Source: Selaginella moellendorffii
Lineage: Eukaryota > Plantae > Lycopodiophyta
Direction: 5' to 3'
Assembly (NCBI RefSeq): GCF_000143415.4
Contig: NW_003314350.1
Coordinates: 1-64,000 of the forward strand
DNA length: 64,000 bases
The position numbers and the translations under genes were made by a program. The notes beneath the pieces are model-generated. The model worked only from the letters and a program-made list of their open reading frames with translations, made no database searches and was not told the DNA's origin. This document shows, piece by piece, positions 13,240 through 25,787 of this stretch (position 1 is its first letter; the number at the start of each line of letters is the position of its first letter).

Positions 13240-14175
13240 CATATGTTCTGGCAGATTGTAAATGTAATTGCTCTTGGGGATTGGATCAGCCTCTGCAAAA
13301 ACATCCCATCGAGTAGGTACGGACAGTAAACATAAACCTGTTGGTAACCAATTTGCTATATGCTCTAAAAATATAATACTTATATAGTGAATATTCCATT
13401 ATCAATCTGTACATACCAAAGTTACCATCAGATTTGAGCTTGCTGTTGCCCACAGATGTCCAAATACTCTCATCTGTTCATTCGAGGCTCCAATCACCTG
13501 GGAGAGCAGAGCAAGGACAATGAATGCACAGGCAAACCTTGAGCCCCCTAGCACTAAATTTTGATCCCAAGAGTGAAGAGACAGCACTTTCGTTGCCAGA
13601 ACCATACTCATACAATGCCGAAGCAATCTGACAGGTCGAAAATAACGAACACAACTTAGAGCACACAAGCACAAACTAAATCAGCATTGATTACTGAGAC
13701 TATCGTTTGGTGAATCTTTATGCTCTGATGAGAATCAGAGTGAGGTCACTTTGACAACATTTCTCACCGTTGATTCAAATATGAGAGTAATTTTTTGGCC
13801 TCTGCAATAAAGAGCTTCGAACCAGTGACCAAAGGACCAGAAAATCATGTGGACTAAACACAAAAAGTAAGGAAAATATAAGTTCAAAAATTGCCGCCAG
13901 CCCACGTACCTTGTCCACAAAGAGCTTCATGATGTGATCTCCAAATCTGTTTACTTGAAGACATAGCAAAAATTCCAACGCATTTAAGCTCACCTGCACA
14001 TTATTGATTACTTAGTGTTGGATTTTTCTGTTAAGAGAGCTTACCGCAAATGTATCCCTTTCAGCTCTTTCGTGGTCTCCCCATATACGGGTGTCAAATA
14101 TGCGTAGCACGTTCTCAGCTGGACCACCCTCTAGATGACAAAGCTCTAAATGCCACCAGTTATGACTATGCCTGC
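13240..14175 (-). pseudogene. TTC38: Tetratricopeptide repeat protein 38-like, 3' exons only
   Basis: Exons encode HNWWHLELCHLEGG...IFDTRIW, LNALEFLL, ALYEYGSGN and VIGASNEQ, matching plant TTC38 motifs. The 5' exons are absent. Confidence 0.72.
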
Positions 14176-14289
14176 AAGAGAAAAAACAGAAACCAGAAGT
14201 GAGTTTGTATCACATCTATTTGAAAGAAGATCTTCTCAATCGTTAGATTCCAATGGAAACATTCAGCCCTTCATCCTCCAATCTAAAGC

Positions 14290-14450
14290 AGATTCCTTGG
14301 AATGCAATCCTTCCTTTAAGGTGAGCGATGTTCCACGAGGCATAGCGCTACAAGTGAGTCATTCCATCTCAAGCATTGCCTTGTGGACGTTCTCACCAAG
14401 TCTGGAGGGCTGGAGGAGGCCGAGGAGCTCATGCATAGCATGCCAGGTCC
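14290..14450 (+). pseudogene. PLS-type PPR fragment
   Basis: CLVDVLTKSGGLEEAEELMHSMP motif. Confidence 0.65.
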
Positions 14451-14816
14451 AGCTCCCTAGCATCCAAGAGAATAAGAAACCAGGCCACCTGTTGCTCGGA
14501 CAAGCAATCTCCCAAACCCTTGGCTTCGACCAGTTTTGCCCTCCTTGGTCTTCTGCAAGAAGCATATGAATCACTGACAATCCCGTAATTGTGTGGAGGT
14601 CTTCATTCTCCCAGTTAACCCTCCCAGAGTGCTTCCACGACGAGTTGCCTAGCTCCACCATTGCCTATGGCTTGAAAAGGAGATTCAATAAGCAAGCTTC
14701 GGACTGGATAGAAAGAAATCCATGCACAAGTCCAATGGTGCAGTCTCTGCGAAATAACACAAAACAAGGTTTTTTCAACACAAAGAGCCTCTTGTAACGT
14801 GCAAACAAGAAGATCA

Positions 14817-17800
14817 TGAAAGAAAAGCAGAGCAAGAACAACAGATTTCACTTCAACACCCACATTGATTCATGTATGGCTGTATATATATATACAACTT
14901 CAATCAAATCGGAAATCACTAGAGATCTAATCACGATTTGGACTGCTTTTGATATGAATTGTCTTGCTTGTCATGTTCATCATTATTCCTACACTCCCCC
15001 TTCAAGCTGAGGGCACTTGACACTCCAAGTTGATTCCTTAGCTTGATGAATGTGAGCTCTGAAAGTGGCTTGGTTAGAAGGTCTGCCAATTGATACTGTG
15101 AAGGAACATATTCCAGGTGAAGATCTCCAGCTGCTACACGTTCGCGAATGAAGTGATGCTTCATGTCTATATGTTTCGTACAAGCATGAAACATAGGATT
15201 CTTTGACATGGCGATTGCACCTCTGCTGTCGCAATGCAGAATGGTCACATCTGATTGCTGTTGATTGAGTTCTCCAAGTGATCGATGAAGCTAGATGATC
15301 TCCCTTGCTGCTGTACTGGTAGCTACGTACTCTGCTTCTGCACTGGAAAGAGCAACCATCATTTGCTTCTTGCTTCCCCATGAAACCGGAGCACCAGCAA
15401 TTGTGCAGCAAATTCTGGAGGTTGAATGTTGTGTATCCAAGCCCAATGCATCACAGTAAGCTTGAAGAACAAGTTTGGACTGATTTGAGCATTTGTAAAC
15501 CAATCCATGAGCAGCTGTTCCTTTCAAATACCTCAAAACTCTCTTTGCCATCTGCCAATGATAACAACTTGGAGATGTCGGGGCGAGATTGCATGTATCG
15601 GTTGAGGAGACCAACAGCAAAGGAGATGTCGGGGCGAGTCATGTTGGCGAGGTAGAGTAGTCCTCCAACAAGTGATCAGTAGACCGAGGGCTGATCAAAT
15701 AAATCATCCATCTTGCTTATGAACTTGATGCCAGTGATGACTGGTGTAGCCACGGATTTGCAACTTGTCATGTTGAACTGGTTGAGAAGCTTCTTCACAT
15801 ATTGGCGCTGTGTGAGGGTGATTGTCCTGTCTGCTTCATCCCTAACAGCTGCTGTACAGCTCCTAAGTCCTTCATCACAAACCTATCCATGAGCTTGACC
15901 TTCACATCCTTCAAAATAGTGTCATTATTGCTGACAATCAAACCATTGTCCACATAAACTGCCATCACAACAAAGTGATCCCCTACTAAAGAAGATATAG
16001 ATTTCCATTGCTGTTCAACCTCTACATACCAAGACCCGTAAGAAAAGAATCCAAACATTCATACCACTGACAGGAAACTTGCTTAAGGCCATAAAGAGCC
16101 TTGTGAAGCTTGCAAACGAGTTTGAAGCGCTGTGATCCAAAAAGCTCAAAGCCTGGGGGTTGCCACATAAATATCTCCTCCTTCAAGTTCCCATTAAGGA
16201 AGGCTGTTTTTACGTCTATGTGATGTGCGTGCAAACCAAACTCCACTAAAGCGTTCTGATACTTGTTTGCTTCACAATTGGTGAGAACATCTCATCAAAA
16301 TCCACTCCAGGAACTTGTGAATATCCTTGAGCAACATGTCTTGCCTTGTAATGCTGAACTATCCATCAGGATTTCTGTGAAGCTTGAACACCCAGTATAG
16401 TCTGACAACTTCACATCCTTTAGGAGCTTCCACCAAGTCATAAGTCTGGTTCTCATCAAGAGAATTCAACTCATCTTGCATTGCTGAAATCCACTTATTT
16501 GCATCAAGAGTTTGAATTGCCTGCTCAAAGTTGATTGGTTCATAAGCTATTTCTGTTGCTGCAAAAGACCATTGCTTGGGATGAGGTGCTCTGCTTGATC
16601 GTCCAGATGATGGCCGCCCATAGTTCTCCATGTTGAATGGTAGATCACGTGTGATTCTGTTGACTTCTCCAGTTCGTGCACGATTGTAAGCTCCTGAGTT
16701 TGGACTTCCCGGGAGGTCACCCAACCCAATACTATTCAAACCCAAGGACGCTTAACCCCAAATATCCCAAGACCCTTAACCGATTGGAAAAAGGGGTGCA
16801 CTCTTATTCATGGGCCCTTTCCCTCTATATTTGAACCCCAACGGATCGTCTCTCGAGTCGTTCCCTTTGGTTGCTTACAACGATGAGCAGCATTGTCATG
16901 TTCTTCAGGAAGAACAGATCCAGAGACTAGTGTTGGATGGTCGTCTACTGAAGGAGATGAGGGATAGATGATTGTCAGATCATCGTCATCTTCATCAACA
17001 TCTTCAACACCATCCCAACTCCATTCTTCTAGAGTCCAGTTCATGTTTTGATCTGAGCTTCCTTCTTCTTGAACGTGATCTTTGTAGAGTGTTCCTTCAT
17101 TAAAACGAACGTCAGTGCTTACAAAAACAATGATGATGATGATGATGATTACCAGGCTAGTATAGGTGATATCCTTTTGAATTGGAGTCGTATCCAACAA
17201 GAAAGGCCAGCTTGCTTCTGCTATGAATTGCTTGAATTTGCTGAAGACTTCATCTTTGTGATGAAGAAAGAAGACGTCCGTGTGCCTCGAGAAATCATTT
17301 GTAAATGTCACAAAATACTTCAAGCAAACAGTCACATGGGTCCACAAACATCTGAGTGAACGAGCTGCAAGGGACAAGTGCTTCTAATCACAGCAGGTTT
17401 GAAAGTACGACTGGTTTGCTTGCCAAGAACGCAAGTGTGACATTTTGCTGAACTTTGAAGAACGTGGTTGTTGAAGCCATCCACAAGCTCCTGCTTCTGC
17501 ATACGCCTGATGAGAGGGGGATTGGCATGTGCAAGTCAAGCATGCCAAAGAGAACTATCTGCAATCATGCATATCTCAAGAGCGTTTGATTTTTCTCCAG
17601 AAGCTATCTCCTTCTCAAATAGGTTACCACATCTGGAAAATGCATGGACGACCATTTGCAAGAACTTGACATTGATGTTTGGAGAAATTCACATCCAGAC
17701 CTTCATCCGTAAGCCTGGCTAAAGAAACCAGATTCTTCACTATCTTTGGAACATACCATGCATTCTTCAAGAGCAGAGACTTTCTTCCTAGTGGAACTCG

Positions 17801-19078
17801 CACATCCCCAGTTGCACGAACAGGTAAAATGTTTCCATCTCCCACATGAATGCACTTCCCTTTTGTAGCATGCAACTGCACAAAGTTCGACCGGCTTTGC
17901 ATCAGGTGTCTCTCTAAACCTGAATCGATGGTCAATTTTTCATAAACATTTGGAACTGCTACCTTAGATGATGCCACAAGTTCATGGGATGCCAGGACAC
18001 TACTCCAAGGATTGCCCAGTTGCAACTTGGCTGCAGTGCATGAACATAGGGCTCGCAGCAAATGCTTATTAAGGGGAAACACCAGGTCTAGCATTCCTGT
18101 TTGTTCTTGCCCACAAAATAATCTCGAATTGCTGCTTCTTTACCAGAATTCCATGAATTCTGCTGCTGCTGCAGATTTCCCCTAAACCCGCGACCTCTGC
18201 CTCATCCTCCTCTTCCATGGCCTCCTCTGCCTTGATGATTTCCAGCCCATAGAGCTGAATGATTGCTTGATGCAGAAACATTTGATGTAAATTGTGACAT
18301 CAAAACATGGAAAGGCTTCTGATCAAAGTCCACAATCAAACCTCTCGCAGCCAGCTCCAAGCGTAAAGTTTGATCAGCTTGTTCAAAGTTGAGCGACATC
18401 ATGCGAACGGTAGGGATGAAAGAACTAAAAGAAGAATCTTGCATGGCCTCGCAAAGCGCTAGAACTTTCTTGCTTTTGTTGAACACCGCCAGACTGCCTT
18501 CAAGCTCCATCCACAGATCTTGCATCTTGGCGAGGAACTCTTCAAAGTTCTCACCTGGATGAAAACGGGTCTCACGAATGCAAGTCTCGATCATGCTGAT
18601 CTTGGAGAGGGAAAGAACAGCATACTTGTTGTGAAGATGAGCCCAGATCTCACAAGCACTCTTATGATGCAAACGCATCATAAGGGCATCTGCAAGCTTA
18701 GAAAGAATCAATCCTTTTGCTCGAGATTCCTTCTTTTCCAGTGCAGCTTGTTCCCCAAGATCAAGCTGTTGTCGAGCTGCTGCAACAGAGGCACGAATTG
18801 CCTCTCTTCATCCACAACTTCTCCTTCCACTGAAGTTGAAGCTCCCAACGCAGCAGGGGCTCACCACGTATGAGCATCTGCAGCAATTGTCAGTGGTGAA
18901 ACGATTTCTTCTTCCATCTGCAGCACGCGCATCATTTTCTCGGAGGTGTTGAACCCTCTCCTCCCATTAAAGGCAGTGACTCCCTAAAGCAAGATCAATC
19001 CAACTTTGCTGCAGCTCATGATGTGAGGCACAAAGAAAGGAGAAGAAAGAATTCAGAAACTGAGCTCTGATACCTACA
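14817..19078 (-). mobile_element. Ty1/Copia retrotransposon, degenerate; 3' LTR 14817-14993, 5' LTR almost entirely deleted
   Basis: Order gag-protease(IDSG)-integrase-RT(HIDVKTAFLNG, LYGLKQ)-RNaseH(TKHIDMKHHFIRE). PPT GGGGGGAG. PBS GGTATCAGAGC at ~19064-19074. TSD GATCA/GAGCA. Confidence 0.92.
16685..16879 (-). mobile_element. Cassandra-type solo LTR carrying a 5S rRNA-derived segment (16702-16756)
   Basis: Termini TGTAAGC...GCTTACA, TSD ACGAT on both sides. Minus strand reads GTTAAGCGTCCTTGGGTTTGAATAGTATTGGGTTGGGTGACCTCCCGGGAAGTCC, matching the plant 5S A-box/IE/C-box region at about 46/55 by eye. Confidence 0.9.
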
Positions 19079-19559
19079 GAGCAGAAGAAGTCCACAAGAA
19101 AATGAAACAAGAACCTGAAGTGTGTCTGGAAGACATCTGGAACGAGTTTCTCTTCCCACTTGGTAGGCAAGTATCTGGACAAGACAAACCACAACCTGCT
19201 TGAATCAAAACAGAGCAAACTCCAAACCAAGATGGCAACTGACAAGAAGTTCATTCCCGCGTTTGCTTCCCACAGGGCAGTCACAACAAGCTAAGCTGTT
19301 GGACATCACAGCACTCCAAGAAAACGATTACAAGCTCGATCACTCACCTGAGCTGGCAGAGCGTCCTGGAGTGACACACTGCGTTGCCGCTTCCCTACAA
19401 CCCGAATCAAGCTCTCGCGGCCCTGGAGCATTGTAATGCCGCCTTAGCGGACCGGCCGCTTCCTCCTCGCCCTCCCAATAGACCTCAACCGTACGCACAC
19501 AGAAAAAAACCATTTCATAGAACTTTTCATCTGCAAACACGACATCCTTGTAGATAACT

Positions 19560-19975
19560 TATTCATTTTTAGCTAGTAGCTCATCTAAGCTCGAAGAATC
19601 TGAACGGCGCGGAAGAAAAACCTGTGATCGGTGGAAGAAGCGGTCGTCCTTCCATAAGTTCTTGCCAACACAATGATCCGGCCATGTTCCATAGGTGCAC
19701 AAAGTAGTGGCGCCGGGGCAATCCAGTCGCCACTTCCCAGGAAAGATCTTGGGCTGCGAAAACAAGCGTCTGTCCGGCACCACCGGGCGAGCTCAGGATC
19801 ACCTGGTTGTAAAAGATTTCGTTTCCTGCGGTGGAGAACGCAGCATTGGTGCTGCGAAGCTCCATTGATTCTTGCGTGCATCGAAGACGCTCACCGATTT
19901 GCAAGGAGATAGAGCTTGGGACCCAGAGCCCTGCACTCGAATCCTCCCGTGTTGGGCTCATCCTGGCGAGCAAGT
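19560..19975 (-). pseudogene. F-box/kelch gene fragment
   Basis: Nucleotide homology to 37515-38455 (e.g. CAGAGCCCTGCACTCGAATCC, CCACTTCCCAGGAA). Confidence 0.65.
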
Positions 19976-19979
19976 CACA

Positions 19980-20580
19980 TTCTGCTATCACATATGCCCA
20001 CTTTGGGCATCATGACGAGGCAAAGGTGGTGACCTGGACGACAATAGTGAGCACATATGCCCCGATTGACGAGGCAAAGACTTTGTCATGCCGCAACGAG
20101 CTCTTCGGGCTTGGCTCGGGCCGAGACATGCATCACGCCAGCCAAATCTTCTTTGGGATGCCTCAGTGCGATGATGGTTAGTCTCTACATGTTCTCCCAA
20201 CGGACTCCATGCCCACAATGGGGATATGGAGCAAGCAACTGCATTGTTCGATAGGATACTCATCAAGGATGACAGAGTCGCGGGGGATGTTCTTTAAGGT
20301 GCATGGAATCCCTCGTGATTCATCTCTTTGGAACTCGCATTTCCTGATCCTCCACCGAGAGGATCTTTAAGATGACGGTGGAGGCCGAGTGGTGATTCTA
20401 TCACCTCGCAGTCCCGATCGAAGAGCTCTTGAGACGGTGACACTGAGGACTTGGCACTGGCTGTGTGTAGCGCGCAATGGATTCTTGGCAGTCCACAGGG
20501 GGTGCTTACCGGTTCTTATGACTTCAAGCAAGGCGGAGCAAGTTGCAGAGGCCTGCGCAGCCGTCTCGGGCCAGGCACTA
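19980..20580 (+). pseudogene. PLS-type PPR pseudogene fragment, tail-to-tail with FAN1
   Basis: AITYAHFGHHDEAKVVTWTTIVSTYA and RDSSLWN motifs, with frameshifts. Confidence 0.65.
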
Positions 20581-20585
20581 CTCAT

Positions 20586-23500
20586 CTAGGATCGATCATT
20601 CATCGTCTTGGAGACCTTGCAAAGTTCCACTGGAACATTAGCATCCGAGAGAATCAGAAACCAGGCCACCTGTTGCTCGGACAAGCGATCCCCTGGACCC
20701 TTGACTTCGGCCAGCCTCGCCTCTTTCTCCTTCCACAGCAGAAGATCAGGCATTCCAGCCGTCCAGTTACTGTGGTCTTCTGCAAGAAGCTTGCAAATCA
20801 CCGACAATCCTGGACCTCCGATACAGACCGTTATTGTTTGAAGGTCTTCAAGCGAGTACTTCTCCCAGTTTACCCCGCTACATGATGTCCCGTAGTGCTC
20901 TGCCCAAGTCTCAGCCACGAGTTGCCTAGCTCCGCCATCGCGTATGGCTTGAAGACGAGATTCAATAAGCGAGCTTCGGACTGGATAGAATGAATCCGTG
21001 CACAAGTCCAATGGTGCAGTCTGCAAACAAGAACTGTAGAGCAACCACGAGAAAATGAAACAAGAACCTGAAAAGGTGTCTGGAAGACATCTGGAACGTC
21101 TGAAAAGATAACATCCCACATGAGCAGCCCGAACAACGTCAGCCATATGCCACTTTCTGAATGGACTCCTTTCCAGCCGCCTCCATCTTCTCCGGCATAG
21201 TATTGAAGTGCCAGGTCCTCCACACTGCATTGTTGCCCATCGTAGCCATAAAATCTGCTCTTCATTCCATTGGCATTGTTTAGCGGCCTTCCCATAATCG
21301 TCACCTTCAGAAACAGAGTTGTAGCTGAAGGCCAAATATCTGGAAGACACAGTACGTACCACCTTGTGTTTTTTCTTTAAAAGCGCTGCATATGGAGGTA
21401 CTTTCCACCTTCTAGGAGGTTTTCCTAGTCGGAGAACCCTCCGTTGCAAAGCAATACGATCCCCTCCTCGGACGTTGAAATCATTTAATCCGTTTTCTGC
21501 AACGAGCAGGCTCTCTTCTAAACGCTGTAAGTGCTCCAAGTCAATAGATAGCCGGAGAGTCCAGTATCCTCTCCGTCCAGGACAATACTGCATGCTAAGG
21601 AGCTGCTTCAAGAGGTTTATAGCTTCAGCATATCTGGTCAAGAGCCAGTTTTAGTTCAAAAGTATTGTCCGCCATTGGTGAAAGAGCGTACCTGCGTTCT
21701 TTCTCCAGAAACGATGCAGCCACAGTACAGATTGTTGCATACACCCATGCAGCCGAAAATCGTGCTAAAAATGGATGCTTGATCTCGGTGTGTGCATTGA
21801 TCAATTCGAGAGTAGTCCTTGCTTTTCGAAAAGAGGAGTTTACAGCCTCAGAATTACCAGCTTCCAGAGACATGTCAACCACCTGAGCCAATTGCAATGC
21901 CTGAAAACTCGACGGTCAGACAAATTTTATAACAAAGTAGGAACGGACCTGCTCATACGCCAGAAAGTCCTCTCGAGAAGCAAAGACTGGCATTGTTCTA
22001 GCGCACCTATAGCTTGGATACTTGATCCTTCCAATATCCACAAGAAGAAAAACATGGAACTCCTGCTCACCGTTTAGAAAGAACAGCCTCTGAATAAATA
22101 AATAAATTGCTCAGCACCAGCAGTGTAACACTTTGGAGAGGATGTCAACTGACCTGTAAACGCCAAAGTAGAACTTCAAGTGTTTCGGCTATTCGAATGC
22201 ATGGGCCGGTTGCTTCACGAATTAAAGCCGTTAGATTACTGCCGCCAAGTATTTCACGCTTGTATAAAAAACCAATGATCACTTGCTACTTACAAATGCA
22301 GCGAAATCAATGCATCTCGAATTGCTGTAATAAGCTGAATCTTTTTCAAACTTAGCGTAGCACTTTTGATCTGTAAGCAGGAACAGAAATAAAAACAAGG
22401 AAGAAAGTCTTAGAAGTAACTACCATGATTTTGCTGTTAACTGCCAAATCTTTGAGCTCTTGTACAGTCAGATGTTCAAGCAACTCAGACGAATTGACGT
22501 CCGCGTCGAAAACTAAGTAGCGTCTCTCTGTTACAAGGGAGCAAACATATTATGAAGTACACGATGAAAGAAATTGAGTACCGACTAACTCATGGACTGC
22601 AGAGTTTGTGTCACCAATATCTTCATAGAAAATGTTCTGAAGACGGAACCATGGCCCTGCAAAACCAGTCTCCCTTGAGTCATAGTTTGTCCGACGGCGT
22701 TTAGCTTACCCTTTCGTTGAGCCAATCTTACAAAAAGGCGCTGTCCATCAGACGAGATTGAACGAAATGCCTCGAGAAGTTCGATCTCGTCTGAAGTAAA
22801 GAGATGGAGATCCCGTTCCAATACCACTTGGAGCATGTAAAGAAAATTCTGTTGGTATCGACAGCCGTGGTCTTGTCCCTTGTCAGCTGCATCCATCAGA
22901 CGGCTCCATTTGACAGCCAGCACTTTTTCTTCTGAGAGACTTCCAATAGTCCGACTCTGGATCTCACGCAAATCAAGCTTGAGGCGTGCAGCTTCCGATG
23001 TACTCTTGGAGACATATCCCTGAAACCTTTGTGAACAATTGAAAAACGCCCCAGAGATTAGTTACCTGAACGTCTACCACGCCTTTTTCCATGAGAGGAG
23101 ACAAATAACGCGAAAGCTCTTTTGGAATATGTCCCAGCGAAAGCCCATCCGCTGTAAGCACCTGGCGCAATGTTGTTGTCAGCCATGAAACACGTCCATC
23201 CAGTCAAGTTTACCTTCACAGCGTATGTATCCATGGGATTTTCTGGTTCCCTTACCAGGTGAACTCGCATCCCAGCTTGGCACTCGACGTCTCTGTGGTA
23301 CTTGCGGCCAGCAATCCTTGCCTCCAGGCAGCCATTGTAAAGATCTCTAGTTTCACTGTTGAGCTCTGCCGGAAGGACGCTGTTGGCCACGTCGGGCTCC
23401 TCAAAGCATTCAAGAGTAGAAGAAACTTCCGGTTCCGGAGACCCTGCCGCCGGGTTACAGTCGATCCCAGTCTCGAGCAGAGGAGACTGCTGGATTTCTA

Positions 23501-23888
23501 GTACGCAGTTTCCGCTTTCCTCGTACTCTATCTTTTTCGACAAGTTGAAGTGAAAGAGTGTATGCTGGACACTGTTCTTCTTTTTCTTCCCACTTTGCAG
23601 GCAAGTATCTGAACAAGAGAAACCATCGATCAGCGTGCTTGAATCAAAACAGAGCAAAATCCAAACCAAGATGGCAGTTAACGAGAAGTTCATTCCCGCG
23701 TATTTGCTTCCCACACACAGGGCATTCCACCCAGTCACAACAAGCTAAGCTCATGCCTCCTTTTATTTCCAGCGAAACATCACCGCACTCCAACTCTTCC
23801 TGCAAAGAAATAGAAGCTCGATCACTCACCCGAGCCGGGAGTGACACATTGCGCTGAGCCGAATCAAGCTCTCACGGCCCCGGAGCAT
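20586..23888 (-). pseudogene. FAN1: FAN1 copy with a 13-bp deletion in exon 1; the rest appears intact
   Basis: Same exons as 49261-52577 (UBZ-like CPVC, HIRAN, VRR-NUC PDLLLW...AEVKGPGDRLSEQQ). CCGCTTCCCAACA is missing at ~23856. Confidence 0.85.
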
Positions 23889-24254
23889 TGCTGAGATTAC
23901 CGCATGGAACAGCGCCGAGCTGTGTGTAGGATGCTTCCTCTTCGCAGACCTAAACCTTAGCCAAATAAAATATTTCCCGCCATTCCTTTGAATTCACTAG
24001 GGCAACAGCTTATGATATTAAGTGCACATGATTGAATTATAAAATAGATGCCTTCAAAGTTTGGTCACCTGTATTACAGCAAACACAAAGAGACCTTCTT
24101 AGCGTGCTTCGACCAAGAGGAGAAGTTAATATCTACACGGCATTTCAAGACTATGAAGTCAATATAAATCGCAATCCCATTCCTCAAGGCTATAAAAACA
24201 GCCCCAAAATTCCATTGCACAACCACGAGTTCTCATACTATCAATTTAAGTACC

Positions 24255-25033
24255 ATGGCATTAGTCATGATAATGTTTATGCTATGCCTTTTAGGATTAT
24301 CTCCATTCTCTACACTAGCATCTCCCTCTAGTATTATAACTGTGTCTGTGTTTAGGAAGTTCTTCCCATCCAACATTGCGAATCCTTTCTACACATACAA
24401 CGATTTCATTGCGGCAACAAAATACTATCCCACGTTTGGAAGCTCGGGGAGTCTTGATGTTCAAAAGAGGGAACTGGCTGCCTACTTTGCAAATGTGAAG
24501 CAGGAGACTGGAAGTAAACTCGCATAGTATTTATCCATTAATCTCACTAATGTCTTTCATTGTAGCACTGCAATACATTCGAGAGATCAACCGAAACAAC
24601 GTCTATTGTGACACTACTCGTGGAATCCCATGTCCTGCAGGTACAAAGGCTTACTATGGAAGAGGACCTTTGCAGCTCACCTGGTAAGCTGAAAATGTTA
24701 TATTCAATATTTAAAGTGTATATATACAGGAATTACAATTACGATGCTGCTGGAAAGGCTTTCAACATGAACCTCCTCCAAAATCCAGACCAGGTTGCTC
24801 AGAATGGCGTCCTTTCGTGGAGGTCATCAGTGTGGTTTTGGATGCAAAATTCGAATTGCCACACCGCAATAACACAGAACCAAGGATTTGGAGCTACAAT
24901 TCGAGCCATCAATGGAGGTCAGGAGTGTGGCAAGGGCAGTGAGACACAACCCGCACAGAACCGCATCAATTATTACAAGGACTTTTGCTCACAGTTGGGT
25001 GTTTCACCAGGTGGGAACCTTGGCTGTGCTTAA
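24255..25033 (+). CDS. Secreted loopless GH19 chitinase (exons 24255-24513, 24566-24683, 24730-25033)
   Basis: Signal peptide, then ANVKQETGTLQYIRE (both catalytic Glu), YYGRGPLQLTWNYNY, FGATIRAINGGQEC. GT-AG introns of 52 and 46 nt join in frame. Confidence 0.93.
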
Positions 25034-25787
25034 ACAAATGCTTTTAAAAGTAATGAATAAGTAATTAACTACTGAATAAAAACAAATAATAAATCTTGAA
25101 ATTGGTTGTTGATGATTGCAATCTTTACAGTAGCAAGAATTACTAGAGGAGAATGCTTAAAAGTCATGTATAATAAAGCCGATAAGGATATCTAAACAAT
25201 TTTGGTATCTAAAAAGCATTGCTGATATTACCACATGAGACATGTGAGGGAGAGAGGTACATTCTTCTCGTTCGTTTTAAACGGAAACTCTAAGTACTTG
25301 CTTTGTTGCCACCATCAGTTCCATCCCACCCTCGAAGCTGGTCGAGGTATCCAGTGTGATAAAGTAACCTGCAGGGGATTGTCGTTAAAACAACGACTTA
25401 AAATAGCCAAGCAAAATACTGTCTCAGTATGATATTAGCGTATTTTAGTGCAGATAATACGGCCCATAAGCAAAATACGGTCTCAGTCATTCGGTAATAA
25501 ATCTCTGAGATGTGCTTATGATATTAGCTTGTTTTAGTGCACATAATACGGCCCATTGAATTTTAAAATAGATGCCTTCAAAGTTTGGTTTAACAGCAAA
25601 AACAAAGAGATCTTCATAGCGTGCTTCGACCAAGGAGATAATATCTACATGGCATTTCATGACTATAAGGTCAATATAAATCGCAATGCACTGACGACTA
25701 TAAAGACTACAAGACTATGGCCGTTTTTATATTCCATTCCAAAATTCCATTCACAACCACGAGTTCTCATACTATCATTTAAGTACC

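Larger units (their letters stand above)
14455..19430 (-). pseudogene. FAN1: Old, internally deleted FAN1 copy split by a Copia insertion (FAN1 parts 14455-14816 and 19079-19430)
   Basis: Nucleotide homology to the FAN1 first and last exons. Exon 2 is fused to the VPDVFQT exon at ~19140. Paralogous to 38890-39600. Confidence 0.8.

Noticed and set aside
16702-16756. Functional 5S rRNA gene
   Set aside because: Only ~55 of ~120 nt are present, embedded in an LTR with TSDs.
14817-19078. Captured one-LTR reverse-transcription intermediate
   Set aside because: The residual LTR end CTACA plus a 5-bp TSD matching the empty site indicate normal integration and later deletion.
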